A DNA stretch of 64,000 nucleotides, taken from positions 505,692 through 569,691 of the forward strand of contig CAZSUC010000001.1 in assembly GCA_964610055.1 (NCBI GenBank). The letters run 5' to 3'. Of the stretch, positions 1 to 9,999 are shown piece after piece. This DNA comes from an uncultured Candidatus Saccharibacteria bacterium. Its GTDB lineage: Bacteria; Patescibacteriota; Andersenbacteria; UBA10190. The stretch's first letter is position 1; each line of letters starts with the position of its first letter. The notes under the pieces were generated by a model that saw nothing but the letters and a program-made list of their open reading frames with translations, made no database searches and was not told where the DNA came from. A program made the translations under genes and the position numbers.

Positions 1-876
1 ACAACCCATTTGGGCTGGTTTCTGCGTCCCGTCCTCCTCTGTATACATAACCTTCATTGGTTCAGAATATTTCGTGCCTAATTGAAAAATATGCCCATTC
101 TCAACACAATTAATCGTTTTCATCTCTTTGCCACAATCTGGACACTGATTTTCTGTTTCCTCTGTTATTTCCGCATTCGCGACGTAACCACATTTTTCGC
201 AACGTAATATTTTATCTTCTCCACTTGCACACTCTACTTGAAATTCATGACTTACTTTACCTCCAATTGTACCGCTTTGAGCCCTGGCGACATGCACAGT
301 CAAATCGCATCGTTGGAAAATTTTTATATACGCTTCTTTAACCGCTTCATAATAAGTTTGTAAGTCTTCTAAATCACGATGAAAACTATACAAATCTTTC
401 ATGGTAAATTCCCTAACGCGTAACAATCCACCAGTCGCTCGAGCCTCATTCCGAAATTTTGTTTGAATCTGAAATACGGCCAAGGGTAAGTCTTTATATG
501 ATTCAATCGCGCTGCGACCTAGCACCGCCACTGCTTCTTCGTGCGTTGAAGCTAAAACTAAATCCTTTTCATGACGATCTTTAACGCGGAATAAAGGTGG
601 ATCCATGACGTCTAAACGACCACTTTCAGCCCATAAAGACGCCGGTTGCAATGCCGGCATCGATATTTCTTGTCCGCCAATCGCCCGCATTTCTTCTCGA
701 ATTATTGTTTCTACTTTCTGGGTTACTCGGTGCCCTAAAGGTAGTAAAGCAAAAATACCAGCACCAACCTGCTGTACATAACCAGCTCTAGTCAACAATT
801 TATGACTAACCGCCTCTGCGTCACTTGGGGCTTCTTTTCGTGCTTTACTGAATAGCTTGGCTTGATTTATCAGCAT
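1..876 (-). CDS. proS: Proline--tRNA ligase (5' part; runs off window edge; absent from ORF track)
   Basis: Manual translation from ATG at 876: MLINQAKLFSKARKEAPSDAEAVSHKLLTRAGYVQQVGAGIF...FRNEARATGGLLRVREF...GHIFQLGTKYS...MGC, which are ProRS class II motifs. Confidence 0.95.
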   Translation of the reverse strand, partial: MLINQAKLFSKARKEAPSDAEAVSHKLLTRAGYVQQVGAGIFALLPLGHRVTQKVETIIREEMRAIGGQEISMPALQPASLWAESGRLDVMDPPLFRVKDRHEKDLVLASTHEEAVAVLGRSAIESYKDLPLAVFQIQTKFRNEARATGGLLRVREFTMKDLYSFHRDLEDLQTYYEAVKEAYIKIFQRCDLTVHVARAQSGTIGGKVSHEFQVECASGEDKILRCEKCGYVANAEITEETENQCPDCGKEMKTINCVENGHIFQLGTKYSEPMKVMYTEEDGTQKPAQMGC

Positions 877-885
877 AGTATTAAT

Positions 886-1968
886 TTAAAAAAATCTCTG
901 AATATCCTTAAAAGTGATCAAAAGCATGAGACCAATCAGTATCATAAATCCGATAGTATGGGTGCGCTGTTCAATTTGGGTCGCTAAACGCTTCCCTCGG
1001 ATCTTTTCTAACAGTACAAACAATATTCGTCCTCCATCAAGGGCTGGCAAAGGTAATATATTGATAATCGCTAAATTCAAACTAATTAAAGCGCCAAACT
1101 CTAAAATATACGCCCATCCTAATGAAGCGGCTTCTTTCGTATAAACCGCAATCCCAACCGGGCCAGCCAATTCAATCGTGCTGCCATTTCCTGTAATCAT
1201 CCGGCCAATAATTAAGCCAAATTGCGTCAAAATCGCTTTGAGCATTTCAAAAGTACGAACCAGTCCTTGCCACGGGGCTTGCCACCAGGGAAACTTTTGT
1301 AAACCAGTTGCTGCTAGCTCAATGCCTAATCGACCTTCTCCTTCTGGCGGATTATTGCGCACGGTCACAGTTACTGTTTCTTCTGTGCCCTGGCGATCTA
1401 CAACCATGGTGATTGCTTGTCCGGCCGCCGCTTCTGTTTCTGCCTGAATATCGTTAATACCAGGTTGTTCTATCTCATTAATTTTTATAATCCGATCCAA
1501 GCTTTGCAAGCCAGCTAGCTCAGCCGGTGATTCCGGAGCAACTCCTGTAATGTAAGTTTGAAAATCAGTCATATGCTGGTCGTTCTCTTGTTCCAGTAGC
1601 ATTGGTACCCCGACCACGCTTTGAGCAGATAATAAAATCCACGCCAGCACAACATTCATTACTACTCCGGCTGAAAGAATTATTATTCTCTGCCAAGCCG
1701 CTTTTGTCGCAAAGCTTCTTGGGCCGGGGTTATCATTTTCCATATCTTCTCCTTCAATCCGTACAAACCCACCAATCGGCAATAAATTAATCGAGTATTC
1801 CGTTTCTCCCCATTTATGCGACCAAAGTCGTGGCGGGAAACCAAATCCAAACTCTTCCACTAAACAGCCCGTTCTTTTAGCCGCTATAAAATGACCAAAT
1901 TCATGTATTAAAACAACTGCCAATAGCAGTCCGATAAACACTAAAGCGGCTAAGATAATCACATCCAT
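886..1968 (-). CDS. rseP: RIP metalloprotease RseP (M50 + PDZ)
   Basis: HEFGH zinc motif, GFGFPP, PDZ segment, NILPLPALDGG. Confidence 0.95.
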   Translation of the reverse strand: MDVIILAALVFIGLLLAVVLIHEFGHFIAAKRTGCLVEEFGFGFPPRLWSHKWGETEYSINLLPIGGFVRIEGEDMENDNPGPRSFATKAAWQRIIILSAGVVMNVVLAWILLSAQSVVGVPMLLEQENDQHMTDFQTYITGVAPESPAELAGLQSLDRIIKINEIEQPGINDIQAETEAAAGQAITMVVDRQGTEETVTVTVRNNPPEGEGRLGIELAATGLQKFPWWQAPWQGLVRTFEMLKAILTQFGLIIGRMITGNGSTIELAGPVGIAVYTKEAASLGWAYILEFGALISLNLAIINILPLPALDGGRILFVLLEKIRGKRLATQIEQRTHTIGFMILIGLMLLITFKDIQRFF

Positions 1969-2015
1969 ATAAAATACAGCTTACAAGGATAATAGCTGAC
2001 CGGCTAGAGGGAACA

Positions 2016-2576
2016 TTAAATTGTCCGCACTTCTTCTTCTTTGGCTTTAATTAGCTCAGCAATTCGGTCATTAGTTTTTCCGATCATCTCATCCAATACT
2101 TTTCTGCCACCAAAAAAATCATCTTCTGGGATTTCCCCGGATTTATGTTCTCGTTGTAACACGCTTAATCCTTCTTCTCGAGCTTGGCGTAATCTTACTC
2201 GAGCTTCCTCCGCTTTTTTATGCAATACCTTCACTGACTGCTCTCTCATCTCCTCTGTTAACATCGGAAAAGAAAGTCGCACAACTCGACCGTCCACGGT
2301 TGGCTGTGGTCCTAACTGGGCTTCAATAATAGCTTTTTGGATCGCCGGAATAGCTCCGGTATCCCAAGGTTGAATTACAATCGTACGGGCATCACTATTG
2401 GCGATTGAGGCTAATCCATTTAAAGGTGTGCGCGCCCCATAATGCTCAACCATCAAATTCTCTACCAAAGTCGCCGAAGCGCGTCCAGTTCTAATTTTAG
2501 TCAACTCATTTTTTAACCAAATCAAACTCTCGTCTGCTTTGGCCTGAAACTGATCCCGCACGTTGTTTATAGACAT
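2016..2576 (-). CDS. frr: Ribosome recycling factor
   Basis: IRTGRAS, IQPWD, LTEEMR motifs; 186 aa. Confidence 0.97.
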   Translation of the reverse strand: MSINNVRDQFQAKADESLIWLKNELTKIRTGRASATLVENLMVEHYGARTPLNGLASIANSDARTIVIQPWDTGAIPAIQKAIIEAQLGPQPTVDGRVVRLSFPMLTEEMREQSVKVLHKKAEEARVRLRQAREEGLSVLQREHKSGEIPEDDFFGGRKVLDEMIGKTNDRIAELIKAKEEEVRTI

Positions 2577-2641
2577 AAAAAATAATGCTAATAATCTTAT
2601 TTTAACTTAATCATCTTGCCGAAAAACCTCAATAGTGCTTT

Positions 2642-3397
2642 TCATGAAGGTAAGGAACCAATTAATAAATCACGTACCATACGCTCATTCCCTTTATGTG
2701 TAACTACGTAGTGATAATCCCTTAATCTTCCGAAAGCCTGTTTTATTTCCGGAGTCGGACCATATTCTCGTAATTTTGTTTCTAAAAACTCATAGATCGC
2801 CGTAAAATCACTTTCAGTTAAGGGCTCTTTACTCTGAGAATAACCAATTCTCTCTGTAGTAGTCTGAGTTAACCATGATGGCTGACCGTTCTCCTGTAAG
2901 GTATGCATAACCGGCATTCTTAACATCACACAACGAGAACGAATCGTTGGCAATACTCGCCGCCATCTTGTCGTCGTTAAGAGGAATCTGGTTAACTGTT
3001 TTGGTTCTTCTAGCGTTTTTAGCAACATATTAGCTGCCGCTAATTCCAAGCGATCAGCTTCAGTAATAATTACAATTCTCGGTCCAGTCCATGCTGATAA
3101 ATTCAGCCAGCTCTTAATTTGTCTAATCTCTTTAATTTTAATTCTATTATTCTCTTGAAATGTCGAGAGAATATTAGGATAACTCCCCTCTTTAATTTGT
3201 TTACAGCTTCGGCATTGTTCGCATGGCTCTAATTTTCCCTCTGTCTCGCAAAATAATTGCTGTTGCATAGTTAAAGCCGCTTTTGCCAAAGCATCCGCAC
3301 TATCTCCGTGTAATAATAACGGCTGCGGAATCGTTTCGCTTGCTATCCACTTATTAATTTGCTCTTGAAAAATATCTGTCTTATTCAGACTAGTCAT
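2642..3397 (-). CDS. holB: DNA polymerase III delta' subunit (short)
   Basis: C...CxxCxxC zinc motif, AANMLLKTLEEP, LPTIRSRC; start moved to ATG 3397, which overlaps the secF stop (ATGA). Confidence 0.85.
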   Translation of the reverse strand: MTSLNKTDIFQEQINKWIASETIPQPLLLHGDSADALAKAALTMQQQLFCETEGKLEPCEQCRSCKQIKEGSYPNILSTFQENNRIKIKEIRQIKSWLNLSAWTGPRIVIITEADRLELAAANMLLKTLEEPKQLTRFLLTTTRWRRVLPTIRSRCVMLRMPVMHTLQENGQPSWLTQTTTERIGYSQSKEPLTESDFTAIYEFLETKLREYGPTPEIKQAFGRLRDYHYVVTHKGNERMVRDLLIGSLPS

Positions 3398-4269
3398 CGC
3401 GCCGGTCTTCTCGCAAGCAAATCTAAGACTGGCGGAGCAACAAAAATTGACGAATATGTCCCCGCTATGATGCCCGTAATTAACGCTATCACAAACCATC
3501 TAATCGTTGTTCCACCAAGCAAAAGTAATGCCGTGAGAGTTAAGAGAGTTGTTAGAGAAGTGTTTAATGATCGAATTAAAGTTGCTCGCGCTGCTCGATC
3601 CATTAGTTCTGGCAAATTGGCTGATCGATCTAATATCCATTCTTGGCACATACGATTGAAAATAATGATCGTGTCATTGACGGAATATCCCAAAATCGCA
3701 AGCATTGCCGTGATAAACATTGTATCAATGCTTGCGCCTGTAAAATGACCAACTACAACAAATACTGCCGTTGTCACTAACAAATCATGAATCAATGCTA
3801 CCACCGCTGCTACTCCAAATTTCCAGGAAGAGACCAACCCATTACTTTGCCGAAAAGCATAGGCCAAATAGGCGATCATCCCGATAATCGACAATCCCAC
3901 GGCCATCCATGCCTTTTGCCTGAGCTCTGCCCCAATTGTTGGTCCAATCGACTCAAATCTTAACTCCTCAGTCATTAAATTAGATTCTTTAAGAGTATCT
4001 AGGACGCTTTGATGCTCTTCTTCGGATAACGGTGCTGTTCTGATAATCATTGTTCCATCCTGAGTCGATTGCACGGATACTTCGCGATCAGAAGCAGCCT
4101 GTAAAGCCGCACGTATATCAGCTGGAGCAGTTGTATTTGTCGAAATTTCCAACAATGAACCGCCCGTAAAATCTATTCCCCATAGCGGTTTTACTAACAC
4201 AATGATCGCCATAGAAGCTAGCAAGATAATTGCTAGGACATACATCCAAACGCGAGGATGCTTAATCAT
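3394..4269 (-). CDS. secF: Protein translocase subunit SecF
   Basis: GIDFTGG, IGPTIGAEL, HD, GYSVNDTIIIF, RSLNTS. Confidence 0.96.
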   Translation of the reverse strand: MIKHPRVWMYVLAIILLASMAIIVLVKPLWGIDFTGGSLLEISTNTTAPADIRAALQAASDREVSVQSTQDGTMIIRTAPLSEEEHQSVLDTLKESNLMTEELRFESIGPTIGAELRQKAWMAVGLSIIGMIAYLAYAFRQSNGLVSSWKFGVAAVVALIHDLLVTTAVFVVVGHFTGASIDTMFITAMLAILGYSVNDTIIIFNRMCQEWILDRSANLPELMDRAARATLIRSLNTSLTTLLTLTALLLLGGTTIRWFVIALITGIIAGTYSSIFVAPPVLDLLARRPAR

Positions 4270-5612
4270 ACTTTATCCTCCTGAATTGGCTTGGCTGATA
4301 ACAAGAACGGATTGCGACTAATTTTCAGCATTAACCATAATTTAAGAATAGGTTTAGTTACTACTACCGCAGTAAACATTGACAGAATAACTCCAAACGA
4401 AAAAGTAACCGCAAAACCACGAATCATTGAAGTGCCAAAGCTGTATAAAATAACCGCTGTAATCAGACTAGATACATTTGAAGCCAAAATAGAACTCCAG
4501 GCCTCTCGAAAGCCATCATTCACACTAAACATAACATCTTTACCGGCTCTCACATTTTCTCGAAAACGCTCAAAAATCAAGACATTAGCATCCACCGCCA
4601 TTCCAATCGAAAGAATAAGCCCGGCAATCCCAGCTAAAGTTAAAGTAACAGGCATTAACTTGATCAGAGTAATCAATACTGCCACGTATAAGGTTAAGGC
4701 TAAGGAAGCAATTAATCCGGGAGCACGGTAAAAAACAATCATCCACAACGCTACCGCCATCAATCCCAAAAGTGCGGCGGCTAAGCTTTGTTCAATTGAA
4801 CGTTGCCCCAAGGACGGACCAACAGTTTGCTGACCAATTAACTCAATCGGAACCGGTAACGCCCCAGCATTTAAACTCTGCGCCAAATCTTTTGCCTCTT
4901 GCACTGTAAAACCGCCTGAAATCACCGCGTGTCCATTAGTAATCTCAGATTGGACTACCGGTGCGCTAACTGGTACCCCGTCTAAATAAATAGCAATGCG
5001 TTTGTTCAAATTTTCTTTAGTTAGCTCCGCAAACAGCTCTTTCCCCTCATCGTTAAACTCCAAATTTACTTGCGGCGTGCCTGTAACCTGGTCAAATGAC
5101 ACAGTGGAATGTTTTAAATACTTGCCTGTTAGTTTAGTTCTTTCAAAAACTGGCCCCGTAATCTCACTAGTATCGTCTAAATTATATTGTTGTACTGCTT
5201 CTTCTTCACTAACCTCACGTCGAAAATCAAGCTGTGGAGTCTCTCCGATCAATTCAATCGCTTGATCAGAATCATGAATGCCAGCTAGCTCTACAATTAC
5301 CCGCTGCTCATCTCCAACTCGATTTGTTTGCACTACTGGTTCTGAAACACCAAAAGAGTTAACGCGTTTTTCAATTACATCTCGAACTCCGGCTAATGCA
5401 TCAGGGACTTCATCTGCTGACAAACCGCTTGTGTCGGCTCGATACACTAAATGCACCCCGCCCTGTAAATCTAAGCCAAGTTTAATGTTTAAATCTCGGT
5501 AAAAACTGCCTATATGAATGATGGGATGACTAGGCGAAGCAATCCAAAAACTAAACCCACCTAACAACGCAATCGCCCACACGGTTAACCATAAACGCAT
5601 TCGTTCTTGCAT
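4266..5612 (-). CDS. secD: Protein translocase subunit SecD
   Basis: LGLDLQGG, FGVSEP, AGALPVP, VGPSLG, GMAVDANVLIFER; start placed at ATG 5612, 6 nt downstream of a TATAGT box (track ORF extends to 5663). Confidence 0.95.
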   Translation of the reverse strand: MQERMRLWLTVWAIALLGGFSFWIASPSHPIIHIGSFYRDLNIKLGLDLQGGVHLVYRADTSGLSADEVPDALAGVRDVIEKRVNSFGVSEPVVQTNRVGDEQRVIVELAGIHDSDQAIELIGETPQLDFRREVSEEEAVQQYNLDDTSEITGPVFERTKLTGKYLKHSTVSFDQVTGTPQVNLEFNDEGKELFAELTKENLNKRIAIYLDGVPVSAPVVQSEITNGHAVISGGFTVQEAKDLAQSLNAGALPVPIELIGQQTVGPSLGQRSIEQSLAAALLGLMAVALWMIVFYRAPGLIASLALTLYVAVLITLIKLMPVTLTLAGIAGLILSIGMAVDANVLIFERFRENVRAGKDVMFSVNDGFREAWSSILASNVSSLITAVILYSFGTSMIRGFAVTFSFGVILSMFTAVVVTKPILKLWLMLKISRNPFLLSAKPIQEDKV

Positions 5613-5679
5613 AAACCTACTATATCTATCTTTTGAGCTATTCGTAAAGCTCATAAAAAGCATCTGATTTTATGCGTTC

Positions 5680-5708
5680 TTGACATATAACATTAAACAT
5701 GATAAATT
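5680..5708 (+). promoter_or_regulatory. Sigma70-type promoter TTGACA-N17-TAAATT with TGn extension
   Basis: TTGACA 5680-5685, TAAATT 5703-5708; points into the secD-secA intergenic region. Confidence 0.7.
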
Positions 5709-5714
5709 CTCATT

Positions 5715-5904
5715 AGGCCAAGCGGAATCACATTTTGCATCGCATCATGTGATTCACCCGGAGGTGTAATATTACAAGGGTATCGCTTGTTGTGGGAAGA
5801 TCGGTCCTCCCTGACGCTTCCAGTTCGGTCAGTCAGTCCTAGGCGCCTGACCCCGAACAAAGCAGTTACCAAGTCGAAAGGCGTATAGGTAACTGCTCTT
5901 TTTT
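5715..5904 (+). ncRNA. Putative structured small RNA (~190 nt), family unknown
   Basis: Flanked by promoter and intrinsic terminator, contains six recognisable helices, and the track has no ORF here. Confidence 0.55.
5861..5904 (+). terminator. Intrinsic terminator (may also serve secA on the minus strand)
   Basis: AGCAGTTACC (5861-5870) / GGTAACTGCT (5888-5897) perfect 10-bp stem followed by a T run. Confidence 0.75.
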
Positions 5905-8500
5905 ATTTTCCGTGACACTTCTTAAACTTCTTTCCGCTCCCACAAGGACACAAATCATTGCGACCCACATTTTTATATTCATTCTTTACTGATTGTACCG
6001 GCTCTTGTTTCGGCTGTTGAGCTGTCGATAAATCAGCACCAATCCGATGCGGAGAGGTGGTATCACGATGTTGAGCAATGCCAGTTTGGGTCTCCTGTCG
6101 CACCGCCTGTGCCTTTAATACAGTCTCAATTAGTGATGCCTTAATCGTCGCTAATAAACGGACAAATAAGGTATAACCTTCTTTTTGATATTCAACTAAT
6201 GGATCACGTTGACCATACCCTCGTAACCCTATTCCCGTTCGCAAATAGTCCATCGTGTCTAAATGATCCATCCAATGCATATCAATTGATCGTAAGGCCG
6301 CCGCTTTTTCTAATTCCTTTAACATCTCAGGACCGAGTTGTTGTTTCTTAGCCTCAACTCCGGATAATAATATTTCAGTTGCCGCTTCAGTTAAAGCCTC
6401 TTGTCCCGCTTCGCTTCCGCGTCTTTGGGCAGTTTCAACTCCCGGCATCAATTTCTCTCGCCACTCGACAGTTTGTCCGCCTACCAAAGCATGTAATGAT
6501 TCTGCAATTTCCTCGATATCCCAATCAGACACTGATCTTACGCCGGTATGCACTTCAACTAACCCTCGTGCCTGATCAGATAATAAGGTTGGCACATATT
6601 CTTCAATCGGAACTGGTTCCTGACCCGATTCTTTCCAGGACCCGTTTAGCATTACCCCTTTTCGCAGAGTATAAATAGCGTTTCTCTGTTTATTCAAAAC
6701 ATTATCGTAAGATAAAACCTGTTTACGCATGTCAAAGTAATATCCTTCCACCCGCTCTTGCGCTCCTTCTAAAGCACGGCTCACCATACGACTTTCAATT
6801 GGTTGGTCTTCTGGCACTTTAAGACGCTGCATAATTCCTTTTAAGCGCTCGCCGCCAAAAATTCTCATGACATCATCTTCCAAACTCACAAAGAATTGAG
6901 TTGCTCCTGGATCTCCTTGCCGGCCCGATCTTCCTCGTAACTGATTATCAATACGTCGCGCTTCATGCCTTTCCGTACCTAATACAAACAAACCGCCTTT
7001 TTCCGCAATCCCTTCGCCAAGCTTAATATCCGTACCGCGTCCCGCCATATTTGTCGAAATTGTCACTGCTCCCGGTTGACCAGCTTTCGTAATAATTTCT
7101 GCTTCACGCTCATGGTGCTTGGCATTCAAAACTTCATGTGGCACTCCTTCTTTTTGCAAAAGTACTGATAAGTATTCTGATTTTTCAATGGCAACCGTAC
7201 CTACTAAAACTGGCTGCCCCGTTTCATGACGGCGCTTAATTTCCGTTGCGCATGCTTGAAACTTAGCTTTTTCTGTCGCAAAAATTCGATCCGGCAGATC
7301 TTGCCGGCGCATCTCTTTGTTAGTTGGAATTACAGATACATTTAAGTTATATACTTTCTCAAATTCCTCCGCGCTCGTAACTGCTGTTCCCGTCATACCA
7401 GCTAATCTGTTATATAGACGAAAATAATTTTGGAAAGTAATAGTCGCTAAAGTGCGGCTTTCTTGCTGTACTTTTACTCCTTCCTTAGCCTCAATCGCTT
7501 GGTGTAACCCCTCCGAATATCGACGTCCTTCCATCATCCTACCAGTAAATTCATCTACGATAATCACCTGCCCCTCCTTAACCACGTAATCTTTATCTCG
7601 GTGATACAAAGCGTACGCTCGCAAAGCTTGTTCTAAATGATGTACTACGCGCACACCGCGCTCCTCATAAATATTCTCTACTCCTAAAATACGTTCTACG
7701 CGCGCTATTCCTTCATCGGTCAAAACCGCAGCGCGTCTTTTTTCATCCACGTTATAATCCGTATTTTCTGTTAATTGCGGTACTAAACGAGAAAATTGCA
7801 CATATTCTTGAGTTGACTCAGCATCAGGCGCAGAAATAATTAAAGGCGTTCGGGCTTCATCAATTAAAATACTGTCCACTTCATCCACAATCGCGTAATA
7901 CAGAGGACGTTGCACCATTGCCGCTGGCATGACTGCCATATTATCTCGCAGATAATCAAAGCCAAACTCATTATTAGTTCCGTAAGTAATATCTGCTGCA
8001 TAAGCCTCTCTTTTCTCTTGCGGTTGCATTCCTGGCGCCACCACTCCGACTGTTAATCCAAAAAATTCATAGACTGGTCTCATCCAATCTGCATCGCGAC
8101 GGCTCAAGTAATCATTTGCGGTGACTAAATGTGCCCCTTTGCCCACCAAAGCATGTGTCACTAGAGGTAAGGTTGCGACCAAGGTTTTCCCTTCCCCAGT
8201 TTTCATTTCCGCAATTTCTCCGTCCAAAAGCGAAAGTCCACCCAAAAGCTGAACATCAAAATGACGCATGTTTAATGTCCTGCTCGCAGCCTCTCGCACC
8301 GCAGCAAAAATTTCATTCACATGCTGCTTAACCTGATCCCAATCTTGTCCTTGATATTGCGTTACTTTTTCTTTTAATTCTGCATCAGATAAACCCTCAA
8401 ACTTTGGCGCCAAAGACGTAATTTCACGTACTTGAGGCCAACGTGCTAAAGCAGCTCGCTCGTGACGACTTTTTATATTCAATAAACTTGTTAATCCCAT
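5903..8500 (-). CDS. secA: Preprotein translocase ATPase SecA
   Basis: MKTGEGKT, DEVDSILIDEARTP, TNMAGRGTDI, C-terminal SEC-C motif GRNDLCPCGSGKKFKKCH. Confidence 0.99.
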   Translation of the reverse strand: MGLTSLLNIKSRHERAALARWPQVREITSLAPKFEGLSDAELKEKVTQYQGQDWDQVKQHVNEIFAAVREAASRTLNMRHFDVQLLGGLSLLDGEIAEMKTGEGKTLVATLPLVTHALVGKGAHLVTANDYLSRRDADWMRPVYEFFGLTVGVVAPGMQPQEKREAYAADITYGTNNEFGFDYLRDNMAVMPAAMVQRPLYYAIVDEVDSILIDEARTPLIISAPDAESTQEYVQFSRLVPQLTENTDYNVDEKRRAAVLTDEGIARVERILGVENIYEERGVRVVHHLEQALRAYALYHRDKDYVVKEGQVIIVDEFTGRMMEGRRYSEGLHQAIEAKEGVKVQQESRTLATITFQNYFRLYNRLAGMTGTAVTSAEEFEKVYNLNVSVIPTNKEMRRQDLPDRIFATEKAKFQACATEIKRRHETGQPVLVGTVAIEKSEYLSVLLQKEGVPHEVLNAKHHEREAEIITKAGQPGAVTISTNMAGRGTDIKLGEGIAEKGGLFVLGTERHEARRIDNQLRGRSGRQGDPGATQFFVSLEDDVMRIFGGERLKGIMQRLKVPEDQPIESRMVSRALEGAQERVEGYYFDMRKQVLSYDNVLNKQRNAIYTLRKGVMLNGSWKESGQEPVPIEEYVPTLLSDQARGLVEVHTGVRSVSDWDIEEIAESLHALVGGQTVEWREKLMPGVETAQRRGSEAGQEALTEAATEILLSGVEAKKQQLGPEMLKELEKAAALRSIDMHWMDHLDTMDYLRTGIGLRGYGQRDPLVEYQKEGYTLFVRLLATIKASLIETVLKAQAVRQETQTGIAQHRDTTSPHRIGADLSTAQQPKQEPVQSVKNEYKNVGRNDLCPCGSGKKFKKCHGK

Positions 8501-8510
8501 AGCGTGCAGC

Positions 8511-8816
8511 TTACCGGGTATTTGCTTTTTTGTCTCGTACTTTTTTAAGTTGTTGTTTAAGAGCTGTTAAAGCGGCATCAAAGACATCTTGAACATTTTC
8601 GCCATGACGCTCAGCATGCAAAACTTCCTTACCTTGGCTTACATTTAAAGCACACGTCACTACCTTGCCTTTAATATGGTGATTGCCTCGCTGAAAACGA
8701 ATATCAGCAATTCCGTGCTCATCCGCTAGTTTATCTAATTGCTGACATTTCTTCTGGATCAGCTCCAAATCAATTTCTGTTAATTCTAAACCTGTTTTTG
8801 AGATATTGTATTTCAT
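8511..8816 (-). CDS. hpf: Ribosome hibernation factor HPF/RaiA family (short, divergent)
   Basis: MKYNISKTGLELT N-terminus, 101 aa, conserved position directly upstream of secA. Confidence 0.75.
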   Translation of the reverse strand: MKYNISKTGLELTEIDLELIQKKCQQLDKLADEHGIADIRFQRGNHHIKGKVVTCALNVSQGKEVLHAERHGENVQDVFDAALTALKQQLKKVRDKKANTR

Positions 8817-8821
8817 ATTAC

Positions 8822-9964
8822 TTAACTATAACCGTGGTTTTTATGGTGCGCTAGCGCCTTTTCTAGGATAGTTAAAACATTGTGCTGAAAATAGGTCTGA
8901 CTAAAACGTAAAGCCTGCTGTTGCGCTTTTTCCGAACGAAAACTGGTCTCTCGATTAATAAATTGCCGCATCGCTTCCGCTAACGCTTCTGGTGTTTGTT
9001 GATTATATAGCCAACCCGATTCCCCGTCCGCTACTATTTCTTGCGCGCCACCAACTTCATAAGCAATCACAGGACAACCACATGCTTGCGCTTCTGCCGC
9101 CGCCATTCCGAAATCTTCTTCCCCGGGCTGTAACAAGGCTCGAGCCTTACGATACAACTTCCGCAGCTCAATCTGGTCGACGTTACCAGCAAATCTAGTA
9201 TGCTTACCTGCGTATTGTCTTAATCTTTTTTCTTCTTCTCCGCGCCCAACAATAATTAAGCCAAAGCCTAATTTTTCACAAACTTCAATGGCATGATCAA
9301 AATGTTTACTGGAAGTTAAACGACCTACACACAAGAAAAAAGAGTTTTTTCGATTAACTCCTGTTTCATCAGGACAATAAAAAGTGGTATTAATCGGCGG
9401 ATAAATAACCGTGCTATTTTTACGATACAGCTGTTTAATTCTTTGCGCAGTCCATTCTGAATTTGCCATAAATAAATCTACTCGTTGCGCCGCCGCAAAA
9501 TCAGCTAAACGTAAGACATGTAACAACAAATGCGCTCCTGGTCTTTGCCAATTTGGCGCCCTTTTTAAAGCAGTTTGAGTAGTATCCCATAAGTACCGAG
9601 TCGGCGTGTGGCAATAACTTAAGTGTGGTACGTTAGCGCGCGTAATCACTCCTTTAGCAAATCCACTCGCTAAGCTAATCACAACATCGTAATCTGACAG
9701 ATCAAACTGTTCAGCGGCTTGCGGTAAAAACGGCAGCACTCTGCGCGGATGACGCCGAAACCAAATCGGCCAAGACTGTAAAAATGAAGTTCGTACTTTA
9801 TAAGTTTTTCCATCAACTGTAATTTGCGGCCGGCCAGCATATAAAGTGTACACATCTGCCTGGGGAAAAATGCGTAACATCTCTTCTAATACCACCTCCG
9901 CTCCACCACGCCGTGTTAATTCATCATGTACTAATGCAATCTTAACTTGGCTGGCTTTAAACAT
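8822..9964 (-). CDS. Glycosyltransferase family 4
   Basis: ALVHDELTRRGGAE, YCHTPTRYLW, EDFGMAAAEAQACG; start at 9964 supported by TTGCTT-N17-TATGAT-N6-ATG. Confidence 0.9.
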   Translation of the reverse strand: MFKASQVKIALVHDELTRRGGAEVVLEEMLRIFPQADVYTLYAGRPQITVDGKTYKVRTSFLQSWPIWFRRHPRRVLPFLPQAAEQFDLSDYDVVISLASGFAKGVITRANVPHLSYCHTPTRYLWDTTQTALKRAPNWQRPGAHLLLHVLRLADFAAAQRVDLFMANSEWTAQRIKQLYRKNSTVIYPPINTTFYCPDETGVNRKNSFFLCVGRLTSSKHFDHAIEVCEKLGFGLIIVGRGEEEKRLRQYAGKHTRFAGNVDQIELRKLYRKARALLQPGEEDFGMAAAEAQACGCPVIAYEVGGAQEIVADGESGWLYNQQTPEALAEAMRQFINRETSFRSEKAQQQALRFSQTYFQHNVLTILEKALAHHKNHGYS

Positions 9965-9999
9965 CATCACATCATATTCAAAAAGCCGAACTCAAGCAA

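Noticed and set aside
5790-5870. SRP RNA, TPP, cobalamin or c-di-GMP riboswitch, RNase P or 6S identity for the secD-secA intergenic RNA
   Set aside because: Only fragmentary resemblances (GGTCAGG without GGAAGGAAGCAG; no GAAAGTC, CTGAGA or GCCACTG core; no 5'/3' closing rod as in 6S)
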